The translations under genes were made by a program, and so were the position numbers. A stretch of 55,193 bases of DNA, the filler included, from Catajapyx aquilonaris (taxonomy: Eukaryota): assembly GCA_000934665.2 (NCBI GenBank). It is 4 parts of 4 records of this genome, joined end to end, with 100 filler letters (N's around TTAATTAATTAA, not from the genome) between each part and the next. Parts side by side here need not be neighbours in the genome. Positions count along the whole stretch, not along the records: positions 27,652 to 41,371 come from JYFJ02008008.1; positions 41,472 to 55,193 come from JYFJ02008009.1; 2 more parts are not named here. The stretch is one strand, 5' to 3'. The notes under the pieces are model-generated. The model was given only the letters and a program-made list of their open reading frames with translations, made no database searches and was not told where the DNA came from. Shown one piece after another: positions 34,701 to 46,035 of the stretch (within the stretch, counting starts at the first letter, position 1; each line of letters opens with the position of its first letter).

Positions 34701-37700
34701 GTGATATGCAAACTTTGCTCCCAATGACCCCAATATTGTTCCTAAAAATAAGGCCTCTTTTGACCTTCTGCATGACTGGCGCTTCGCAATTAGAAAGGGG
34801 GCCCTTCGTTGTGTAGTGGGCAACAAGAAACGTTTTGTGATAGCCTTGTGTCAAATTGTATCAACGAATTTCTAGCTTCATTTTCTGAAGTAATCAATGG
34901 AATTAAACCTTTGAACTCAATTTTCTCAAAATACTGTACTATGATATTGGGACGATATTCTTAGATCGTCGATATTTTTTTTGCGTAGTTAACTGTAAGG
35001 TGAGCCCTAAGGGCGCCACAGTATTCGATATCATGGAAATTCTCATTAACCCCGTAATGAAAAATCTATTAATAGATTTGTTAATTTCAGTATTCATTAA
35101 TGACATGTGGTACAATTATAAGTAAGATACTGGGTAATCCGGTAGGTGCAAGTTGTACTTGACTAGTTGCCACCAGTATACTGTGCGATAGCGAGATCGC
35201 TGTCTCGTAAGTTATTCTGATACAAGAAATGTGATTGGCTCAACAGTGTGTGGCGATGCGAATTTGAAAGCAAGTGTTATATCATATTTATGCCGACATC
35301 CGGGCAAATTAGTGACAGTTTTATTGCACATAACGAAACCTGTTCAGTACAAAAAGTGCATTCCTATTGCAGAACTTAGCAACTTTGCTAGACAGGTTCC
35401 CAAAATGAGTGCTAACATCTCCACTGACCACATACGAAGGACCCTATAGCGACACTGCATAATATCCAGTTCCTGATGGGTATTTCAGTTGCTACTCGAG
35501 TATATTGGGGAACATATTTGCTCCAAACGTGTGGCAATAACTTTAGAATAAGTTATGAGCATTATTTATAGTTAAAAATTTAAGCGGCACGCCTCTCTTG
35601 AAAATAGTGATAAAAAGTTAGTATTTGCACTATCCTCGCGTGACTAGACTCATAATGGACTCCCTGAAAGTTATAAGCTGCTGGTTTACCAAGGTGGTAA
35701 CACTCGGTACAAATCTATTACTGACTTGTGGGTACAAAGTTCACATTTTTTTTACCAAGGCCAGCAGCAGGTGCGGAATCTGCTGCAGTGGTCCTTTCAA
35801 AATAATCACCGGTTGAGTGACCACAGAAAGAGGAAATGTCTATTGCTCTGTTCTTTTCATTTGAAATTGCCAAACTAATCGAACGCGGGATCTCAGACAA
35901 GGTAGAATGCTGTGACGTTAGCCACTATACACCACCGTGCAGCTATCCTTGAAAAACATATTTTGTATAATACATGTAATAATAAATGGGCCTAGTCTAG
36001 GGGACCATCTATCGAAAGTGAGCACCCATGTTGTTTATGATGATAGTGGAGGTGGGTCAGCATGGCGGACCACGACATGGGATATGAGCTCGAATCTTGG
36101 CGCTTTTGACGGTACAAAAGTCGAGCCTGATCAACAATGCGATGTGAAGTTTGAACAGCAGATCCCAATAAATAAAAGAAGTTAAGTTCATAATCACTTC
36201 GAGGAAACGTGGAATGTGTCATATATGTTAATGTCTTCATTCACTTTCATACAGGTAATTACTGTCACTTTTTACGATACCCAAGGACATTAATGAGCTT
36301 AGAGCTTGCCTTGTGCCTTTTGCATTACTTCGGAGTGCCTATTACGAAGAATCCTATCGCGTAAGATAGGTGGTCTGTAGAACACCTGTATTGCTTGACA
36401 TGCCGAATTATCTGGGTATAGCTCAGCGAAAGATATGAGGCACTCCTGACCCACCGTCCTATAACTTTGATTATTATCCGCTATAAGAACCAACCGAGAT
36501 ATTATGACAAGATAAAGCCTCCTAAACCAGACATAGTTGCCATGCGAGGCGTAACAAGTAACTGGAATTCACATCTTTCATGCTCATATCTTTAGCTGAG
36601 CTATACAATAAAAAAAAGACGTATGCGAGAAAAAGGACAATGATGAAGACATTTCCAATTATCAGCTTGTGTGGCCTCGTTTTCACTGTCATTTTGCTTA
36701 GAATAGTCTCTTTTGTGGGAGTTGCCAGATCTCCAAAATTCCATGCCTCTTGATATTATTATGCGTGTGATTCTTATGAGGGGCAAGACAATCGAGAGAA
36801 TCTCGTCTGTTAATGTCGGAACTTCCTACTCCCTAGTATTATTTAGCTTTAAGTTGCACCAAAAATGCGAAATGGAGAAAGCATGCACTTACATGTCATC
36901 CTGGTGAGTTACTTATTACTGTGAAGAGGTAGAATGGAAGCATTCCTTTGGGGCATGAATTGCAAGTTCCTATGTTAAGACAATGAGAACGAATGAGAAT
37001 CCATTATCATAATATGAGGTCTAGGGTTGGACCCAGTTTTTGTAGTCGAGACCTATCTCTGCTAATTTAAAAGGATGCCTAAAATCAACCTAATATAAGC
37101 AGCTAATATTTATTGTCTCTAAAAGTCTCAAAATAGGTGCTTAAAATAAGCAAGTTATTGCGAAAAATCGCTAACCACTAAGTATTGCAATTCGAGCACG
37201 CTCAATAGCCTCTTTTACCATATTACCATATCAGTACTCGGTAAAAAGTGTTACAGAATCTGACAATGGCAGGGAGTGAGTGATATCGTGAATAATATCT
37301 TGAAATACAGGCAATATGTAAATTAAGATTAATATCAGAACTGCATGCAGCACGCCTATATTATCCCAGAGAGACTGAGGAAAATACAAGGTGATTGAAA
37401 ATACTTGCCCGATAACTGATTTATTCACATAAGCAGCTTATTATTACGCAGTTACTCTTGCATAGTTGCATTTAGTGGTTATCAAAAGCATTACGGACGT
37501 TTGCTAATGTTAGGACGAATTGAATAACATATCCAAGCTTTGAATTTTAATGTATTTCTCATTGCTGAATGGCCCATTAGAACATTCGCATTAAGGGTGA
37601 ATGATATAATCAATTTTTGCAGGCTTTATAAATGATGGGTACGCACAACCTAATATTAGTAGCTAATACTTTTGATAAACACTAAAAGTAGCTATGCAGT

Positions 37701-38734
37701 AACTAGTAACTGAGCAGATTAGTTCAAAAAATCGCGACAGCAATCGGACAAGCATTTTGGATGACCCTCTATAAGACACTTTTTGTTACATAAGACCTGT
37801 CATACTGGGCTCTCGAATCTGAAACATTTTCATCTCGCCTGCTATATTGTATCGCAAAGTGGAGTTTCATGACGGAAATATCTATCCAGTTAGGGCAGGG
37901 ACGAACATTGCGTTGCGTCAACCTTAGGCGACAAGAAAGTCCGCACGTGGAACAGATACGCCAGTGTTCGGACAGGAATACATATTCGTATAATTTTACA
38001 TATTTGCTGTGGTATCACGCACTGCCATCGGAAAGCAGGCCGATTCGCGAGAGCCACCAATTGTGTGCGCAAAGTGTCGCCAGCGCTCAAGCTATAGGCC
38101 AAAGCCATTGCAAAGGGTGACCCCGTCGCCCCTTTTTGTATTTCGCGATAAGGTCTACTTACTTTTAAGTAGGTGATGTCATAAATACTAAGCAAACGAC
38201 TGTCTTATTACTGGGCATGGCGGATGGAATTGCCAATAAAATTAGCTCTTTGGAGGAATGTGAGGGATGGCGGGTGGGGGATAACACCTGAGGTCACCTT
38301 CTGACCGCTAGACGACCAAGGTGAATAATTCACTGAGAGTCTCGACAGTGTGGCAAGACATTGACTGATTGGCTGAGTGTGTGAGGGGCGAGGACACCAC
38401 TGGCGACAAGGGCGCATGCGTCCTTCCGAAGAGTACCACTGGTGTCCGACAGATGAGAGTCCCTCGAAAATATAAATTGGGACTTATCTGTGAGACTGAC
38501 TTTGTTGTTGGGTACACCGGCTCAAGTTAACGTCGTTTACTATGGTGTTGGTAAATACTGTCGGTGCTTGAAACATTGCATTGGGCTGATGATTGCACAA
38601 ACCACCATGAGCACTACTGGTGGTGCTGTCTGCCCTTAATAATGTAAGGTGTTTCACTGGTATTTTTCGCGAGAACTAAGCGCAATTGTTTTTATTTTCA
38701 GAAATTAAGCCATTACCCTGTGGGCAGAAGCAGT

Positions 38735-39220
38735 ATGGGGCAGGCTGCCGAGTCGCTTAGGCGCTCGGCGCCAGCCCCCATTCTGGTGCTGGTGTTGGCA
38801 CTGGCGATGGCCCCCGTCATCTGCGCCGCTGTCAAGAACATCACCGTGGGTTACCTCACGGCGTTGCGAGGCACTATGACTGAAAGACAGGTATACACCT
38901 TATAATAACTCACATAAGTCTAACTCACCTCCCTGCGATACTGAACCCGGTTTGAATGAAATATTGTTTCTTGCTTGCAGGGTCTGGTCATCTCCGGAGC
39001 CATCACTCTGGCCATCGAACGAGTGAACCGGAACGAGTCCTTGCTGAAAGGATACAACTTGGTCCTGAGGTACGGCGACACGTTGGGCGATCCTGTGGAG
39101 TCAACTCGATGGTTGACTTCCATGCTTTGCGACGACGTGGCGGCCTTCTTCGGACCCGAGGGAATCTGCAGCGTGGAGGCCACCATCGCCGCCGCCTGGT
39201 CCCGACCAATGATCTCCTAT
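38735..39220 (+). CDS. Gyc76C: Receptor-type guanylyl cyclase, Gyc76C-like; first two coding exons (38735-38890, 38981-39220), rest outside contig
   Basis: Signal peptide, then TVGYLTALRG...RQGLVISGAITLA...CDDVAAFFGPEG.C.VEA...PMISY (ANF-receptor domain). Matches my recollection of Drosophila Gyc76C TVGYLTALTG...RQGLAISGA. Phase-0 GT-AG junctions. Confidence 0.8.
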
Positions 39221-39819
39221 GTAAGTACATACTGCAGGCGAATCATGAAGAGAGCCGGCAAGCAGGCACTAAGAGCATGCCTGAAACTGACGGCATAAAT
39301 AATTTTGTAAGCTTCACCTGGGGTCTTGATCATGGTCTTGATGATGTGCACTAAAACCTCGGATATAGGCATCGCAACTTTCAGAAAGGCAAACTCAGGT
39401 AATGGATCTTTCAATAAAATGGGGTCCTAGCCTTGGCCTGGGATTTGGGTAATTTGTACACGAATAGCTCAGCGATACATATAAACACGCATTCCACCAC
39501 TTTTCGGCACCAAAATGTTATTCCACGATTAATTATCGGGAGTTTAAAAGTCACTCGCAAATTGGCGGGAAAAACGGGGGCGTGGCCTCTTACCCCAGTG
39601 ACGTCAGCAGGCAGTTGCCTTGCGGTCGTTCGATTCCGTTGTTAGGCAACAAACAAAGGAACAAAGCAACCCGGGTGCATTCCTGCCTCTGCTGTGTAGC
39701 CTTCATTCTGTAACTCTGTGTCAAGTTGTAATTTACATGCTTCTCCTTATTAATAGCATGATGGAAACTAAATATGGTAACTCGGCGTCCAAATTCAGTG
39801 TCGCCCACTATTAATAGTT

Positions 39820-39820
<1 letters not shown>

Positions 39821-39862
<42 letters not shown>

Positions 39863-40271
39863 TTTTGGTTCCCCCTTGAGTCCAATTGGTCAATGCAGGG
39901 GGAGATCTCCTCCATTTTCTATACTTTTCAATCTCACCGGTGCAGGGACAGGGAAGGGATAGGGAGGGAGGAACAAAGGTGCAGTGCATTGTCCTGTGGT
40001 GGGGGCCGTGTGCAGTCTCTGAGGGGGCCAAGCTTAGACACCCCTAGGCGCGGCCGGAATCACCCCACAGAACACCGCGTCTCCTCCAGGGCAGGGAAAG
40101 GAAGGAAGCGGCTGTGGCCTATTTAACGGTACGATCCCGGGATTTCCCTGGGGTGACCTTGGAAAACCACAGAAAACCAAGGTCAGGACCGCCGGCCTCC
40201 GGGACTCGAACCCAGGACCTCCCGATTAGCAGTCGGACACCATATCCACTACACCACTACTGCTTCGGTTA
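39821..40271 (-). mobile_element. tRNA-derived SINE, same head as 9496-9783 but a different 3' part
   Basis: B box GGTTCGAGTCC, (AAAT)n tail, 11-bp TSD ATTAATAGTTT (39810-39820, 40272-40282). Confidence 0.8.
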
Positions 40272-40651
40272 ATTAATAGTTTGATTTACTATAGTATGGT
40301 CTTAAAATTCCTAAATTTATTTTCCTCCTTTACTAATAATGCTGCAGAAATATAATGAAAATAATCAGTTGTAGGGTAAAATTCAGCATAACTTGGTTTG
40401 ATTTATACTTTTACTTAACCCATGCTAATTTACACTAGCCAAGAAATCGTTAGTCATCTACGACTTTATTACAATTATTGGTTCCGACATCGTACTGGTC
40501 GGGGAATGGCTGACTATACTGCACTACATACGACAAAAGACTTGTTACGTCACGATGACGAGGTGATGGTGACGTCGTGAAATAGCTGAGGTAATAGGGA
40601 AGATAATTTCCTAAGGCTAAAGAGAACTTGCTGAGACGATTATATAGATAT

Positions 40652-40971
40652 AATAATAATCATCATCATCATCATAATAATAATAATAATATCATACCCC
40701 GTTATCAGCCGGCGCGGCGGCTCTTTAGGAGGAAGTTTTGTTTTGACTGGAACTCTTTCTTTGCATTTTTACTGTGCTCTTTGGGATAGGATAGGGAGGG
40801 AAGGAAGCGGCTGTGTCCTATTATTTTAGGAAACAACCCCGGCATTTACCTGGAGGGACCGTGGGAAGCCACAGAAAACCACGGTTAGGGTTGCCGGCCC
40901 CGGGGATCGAACCTATGACCTCCCGATTAGCAGTCGGATACCATATCCCCTCCGCCACCACTGCTTCGGTT
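40652..40971 (-). mobile_element. tRNA-derived SINE, same family as 9496-9783
   Basis: Colinear with 9496-9783; 14-bp TSD GATTATATAGATAT (40638-40651, 40972-40985). Confidence 0.85.
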
Positions 40972-41371
40972 GATTATATAGATATGCAGAAAGCCGACAA
41001 AGATATTGACTCTTGATATCTGCCCGATCGCTTCGTTACGTCATTATACAGCATGGTCAGTAACTCTTTTACTTCAGGCAAGGGTATCCCTTCACCTATT
41101 GTAAGGCCAAAATACACATCATTTTTGGTTCGGAGACATATAGTTATGGCGTGCGACGGAAAAAGGTAGTGTATATTGGTATCGGTATAGAAAATATCCT
41201 GTGTGTCACACCATACATTTAGCAAACTTGCGCGACTGGTGATATACCCTGAAGGATATTCCTTACGCGGTGGAAATGGGGAAGTAGCCTTCATTTTGGA
41301 AACTACATAATAAATTCGCCCATATTTTTTGGATTTTTTTGGCATATTCCGTTTTAAGATATCAGTTCCCG

Positions 41372-41471
41372 NNNNNNNNNNNNNNNNNNNNNNNNNNNNN
41401 NNNNNNNNNNNNNNNTTAATTAATTAANNNNNNNNNNNNNNNNNNNNNNNNNNNNNNNNNNNNNNNNNNNN
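41372..41471. other. Artificial contig linker
   Basis: 44 N + TTAATTAATTAA + 44 N. Confidence 0.97.
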
Positions 41472-41624
41472 CGTCACTCACTTGATTTGTAAACAGTGGC
41501 AACAATGGAAGCGCTCTCCATGGGCTGATGTTTGAATTGGCCCGCCGGACAGGGTTGCCAGGTAACCCCACCGCCACCGCTGCCGGAAAAAAACATTCAG
41601 CAACGGCTATTATGTCCAGCACTG
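41472..41624. mobile_element. Right arm of the Tc1/mariner-type MITE (family A)
   Basis: Near-identical to about 8235-8382; ends TATGTCCAGCACTG|TA. Confidence 0.8.
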
Positions 41625-41895
41625 TACTGGGCACATCCCCCTCCCCCAGCATCCACCATGCACTGGCACGTAACTCGAGTAATCCGTCTGAAATTGCAGT
41701 CGCAAAGCCCGTTTCCCCATGAGCGGGAGATTTTGTCATCTGGATGACGTCACTGGGTGTGATAATTGGCCAGACCCCTAACGGCGCTACCCTTCCTTCT
41801 ATTTACCCTGGGCTGGTAGTCCGTGTACGCAAAAATTGTAATCCCTCGAATAATGTTGGTGGTCGGCTAAGCGAGTGCGGCTGGCGGTATAATGT

Positions 41896-42096
41896 TCATA
41901 AATTATCCTTACGCTGAATCTTGGGAGCCAGTCCGTATGTATGGAACGCCATAGGTCGCATCATTCGTAAACCATTTATGATGGTGGAGTCATCGCCATT
42001 GAAGCACGAAGGTGCCTGAAGCTGCCATGTCTCCTGCATCGCTATGCTCCCATTTTCTTCCTCCACATGTTCCTTCTTCACTGCCAACGACGACAT
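41896..42096 (-). CDS. Possible first coding exon of an unidentified gene (MSSLAVKKEHVEEENG...)
   Basis: Acceptor CCTTACAG, then GAGCCATG (Kozak-like), a GTAAG donor near the ORF end, and an upstream CAAGATGGCG promoter-like motif at about 42350. No family recognised. Confidence 0.3.
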   Translation of the reverse strand: MSSLAVKKEHVEEENGSIAMQETWQLQAPSCFNGDDSTIINGLRMMRPMAFHTYGLAPKIQRKDNL

Positions 42097-42618
42097 GGCT
42101 CCTGTAAGGTCATGAAAATCATGTCAAGCTCCATTGGAAAAGGTACATTTCCTTTTGAGAATGTATCCGTACAGTCAACATAAGCCTACTTCAATTTCCA
42201 CCCCCCACATGAGCCCCACTCACTCTCTCTGGCAGTACAGAGCATCTCCTGCAGCCCAACCTCTAGTTACCTGCACTCCTTCCAGTGTAATTACACGTCT
42301 AATTAACACTAATTAAACTTGGGAAAATGCTTCAGAATAAAACAATCGACGCCATCTTGGATTCCGAACAAGCGACAGCCGCCAGTGATGCCAACAGCTG
42401 TTAATTATTACCGTTAGCATATTTATTTAATTTGTTAATTAGCTGCACTTAGCTAAAACGATTCGGATGTTAATTTGGACTCTGCAAAAAATTTTAAAAA
42501 GTAAATAGTAATCATCAGTGATCCCCCCGATCGATGTGGCAACGCTGTGCTTGGAAAGGAATTACGAATAATAATTATACATTGTCCTAATTAAAAACTT
42601 TAATTTTTTCAAATTGAA

Positions 42619-42933
42619 TCAGTCCATGTCGTACTCTTGTTCGCCCATCACTTGGTCTGTGTCTGTGTCTGAATCGCTGAACGACGTGGTGCTGGTGTAG
42701 TCGTCGTCGTCTTCCTCCTCGTCTTCTGGGAGGATCTGTTGTGCCTGCGGTGGTATCACCCTGACGTCCATGTGTATCTGAAGCTGAAGGTTGATGTCGA
42801 ATGCCACGCAGCCCAGGAACAGCAGGAGGGGCAGTCGGATCCGGCTGTCCCAAGCCAGCTTCAGGAGGAAGGACAGCCCGGAATGAAACGCTGATAGTTC
42901 CACAGGATCAGCAGGCGACAACAATGAAGACAT
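42619..42933 (-). CDS. Small hypothetical protein (~104 aa) with a hydrophobic segment and acidic tail
   Basis: GC3-rich codons like neighbouring genes; LLKLAWDSRIRLPLLLFLGCVAFDINLQLQIH followed by a D/E/S/T-rich tail. Start uncertain. Confidence 0.55.
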   Translation of the reverse strand: MSSLLSPADPVELSAFHSGLSFLLKLAWDSRIRLPLLLFLGCVAFDINLQLQIHMDVRVIPPQAQQILPEDEEEDDDDYTSTTSFSDSDTDTDQVMGEQEYDMD

Positions 42934-43644
42934 TATAATATTGCTCTTTTGCTTCTCTCTGCGGACAATACATAGATATAAATCACATAGTATTTTTCGG
43001 GAGCTAAAGTTATACATACAGCGCGGTACAGAGACACTTACAATACGACGAACAGCGCAGCCAAAACTATTGAAGATAATGTCGTTCAATTGTTGAGGGA
43101 ATTGGAACACGCAGGGTTGCCCATAGGGACGTTGTTATTGGCACTACTGCCAGACATTCAACTATATTCGAGCTTTCAGTGAAAAAAATTTACTGCTAAA
43201 AAATTGTGTTCGCCATTTTTCTGGAGAGGATTAGTGCCAATATCGCAAAAAAAATACTACAACAATTGCAGTGAACAAAAATTACATCTGAATTACACAT
43301 ATCATAACAGCTAATTGCATGAATGAAAATCATACAAATTACAATTGTTTGGTATCCATAGAAACGGTCATCAAGCAACAATGCTCATTCGTTATTATAC
43401 GATCCCAAAATTTGCAAGTAATCTGCGGAAAAACGTACGGATAAAATATTATATTACTAACCATTTTTCGGTGCACTGTGAGAGCCTGTAACTATAGTGA
43501 ACACTCTTTATTTTGTCCAGGGCGAGTCATCAACTCAGCCACCAACAACCATGTAGTACAGGCAATACAGCATCTCAGCAACTCTCAGGGTCGTGGGATG
43601 GGCGGGGTACTATCTGGCTGACTCCATGATTCCGATTCATTAGG

Positions 43645-45645
43645 ATGCCCCGACTCAAGAGGCCTGTGTCTCTGAGGTCATCCAGTCTTCTGGTCGTGGT
43701 CAGAACGGTGATGTCCAACTGCAGGAGGAAGCACCTGTCCGAGCTCCAGTCCTGGAGGTGCCACCCCTTCTACCCCTTCTCCAGTCTTATTAACTGGTAC
43801 AACTCGGGTGACCCAACCTGGGCTGACCAACTCAGGGAGAATGTGCCAGCCTTCCTGGCCAACGACTACATGGAGATGGTCCTCATGGTGGCCAATCGGA
43901 TCTGGGATCGCAGGTCAGACATAATATCACATTTTCATAGTCGGCGCCTTTGATGTCCGCGTCTCTCTGTTTGGGGCCGTTGCCAAGGCTGGCGACCATT
44001 TTGAAGTGTGGGCAACGCCAACGAGGTATAAATAGGGTACAGGCAAAAATATGGTCCGCCATCTTTGATGGTTTTGGCGGACAATCAAATATGGCGGACG
44101 CTATTTTTGCCTGTACCCTATTTATCCCTCGTTGGCGTTGCCCACACTTCAAAATGGCCGCCAGCCTTGGCAACGCCCCAAACAGAGACACGCGGAAATC
44201 GAATGTTTGCGCCTCTTATTGTCATAATAGACGATGTTATTAATTAATTAATTAATTATTGAGCTGGGAGCTGCGGGACGCCTTCCATCCTGATTGCACC
44301 CGAGTGGACACCCTGGGTATGGACCTGGACTACCACCTGGAGACGTACCTGGGGAGGAACCTGGACGTGATGCCCCGTCTGACCGACATCCATCTTCCTA
44401 TCCTGACCTGCGTGAAGGACAATGTGCCAGTGTTGACCAAGCTGAGGTCGGTCAAGTTCAGCGTGGCGTCCCAGGGGGTCATAAACGCCCTGGCTTACAA
44501 CTGTCCTGACCTGGTGTCAGTGGTGGACATCCACGCTGACTTCTCGCGTCCGATCAGCATCGCAGGACTGACCGCTTGTAGGAACCTGAGGGTCATCATT
44601 CTCAGTCAGCAGCTGGTGGCCTCTGAGGTCATCCAGGTGCTGGATAGCCTCCCGGCACTGCAGGTCAGTTTTATCCAGAGAATATCCCAGAGACGTCCAT
44701 AAATTATGCCGTACTCAACAGGTTATGCACATCAGCAACATCAGCGACGTGCTTCGGGTGTGTCAAAGGTCATACCATATCCGCGACTTCTGCGGCCTCC
44801 TCTGCCAGTCTGAACTCCTGGAGAAGCTGACCCGCCACTTTCCTGATCTGACCTCTCTCAGGTACTACGAAGCCAATAGCATACCGGTCATGAACGTACC
44901 GGACGAGACTGTCCACGATCGAGAAGCGAGAGGTGACGACGACTCCTTAGGGGTCATAGGTCAACTGCGGCATCTGACCAAGCTGGTGGTCGCGCCTAGA
45001 AACGATGATCGTCTGCTAGATCTTCTAGGAACTTTCGGACGGTTGTCCCACTTGGGTTTCCAGCAAGCATACCGGCTCGGGAGTGTCCTAGGTACGCTGA
45101 CCTTTCCTAGGCTGACCAACCTGGATTTGTCCTACTGCGGTGAAGTTGACATGGTGTCGGTCCTGAACGCGTTTCCGGGCCTGGTATCGCTCAAGATGTG
45201 CTCGTGCATACTGTCCGACTTGCCCAGGTTCGGACGCTGCTGTGCCAACCTTCGAAATCTGGACAAACTGGAGATGATACACTGCATCAGGCTGAGTGTC
45301 CCACATCTCTGCTACCTGCTGTCCACATGTATGGACCTGCGACACTTGAAGATCGGAAGTCCGATGGTCAACAACCAAGTGCTGACCCAACTCCTGAAGG
45401 TCAACCCGATGCGCAACCTGCGCACCTTGTGTCTTCTGGAATGCCAGCTGACCAAAGATGTCATACCGGTCATCCTGGAGTCGTTTGGTGAGCTCAGAGA
45501 CGTGATGCTGGACGGTCCTTTGCTGGACTTGGAAGTGACCTATGACATATGGGACGAGATGATGGATGAGCTGGACAAGTACAGGGTCAAATTCGTCGTA
45601 GGGTTCGACGGACAGGAGTTTCATTACGATGGATACCAGCTTTAA
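43645..45645 (+). CDS. BC-box/LRR protein (PRAME/ZYG-11-like architecture), ~530 aa; exons 43645-43913, 44264-44663, 44722-45645
   Basis: MPRLKRPVSLRSSSLLVV N-terminus, VPAFLANDYMEMVL, many RNI-like LRRs. Splice phases are compatible, although the first acceptor is a weaker GAG. Confidence 0.75.
43943..44219. mobile_element. Truncated family B palindromic MITE in LRR gene intron 1
   Basis: Same arms as 8385-8789 and 50118-50442. Confidence 0.8.
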
Positions 45646-46035
45646 GAGTGTGTCCGACAATAATCCGCAGAGTGTAATAAAAATAATGTCCTTGTAGCCG
45701 TACAGTACCGGTACTTTGATTGTTGTTACGCACTCTCAGTTCTAGGAAAGCAAATCAATTTCTCAGACACTCAATGTGTGTCATTAGTACGTGCTGCTAA
45801 TGAGTATGTAACTGGTTGTATTGCACTGTAATTATTACTGTGTGATATGTCATGTATGCTGCCATTAAGAGTGGCCACTCAGATATGCAGACGTCAATGT
45901 GTGTAAGTGTCGGAAAAGTAACAGCTGGTTGGGTCGCAATTATACCTGACATATTACTGGTCAGGAAATGAGAGGAAATCCAGGCGGAAGTAACAGACGT
46001 TACTAACATGAGTTGGTCGTAATGCTGCCAAAATA

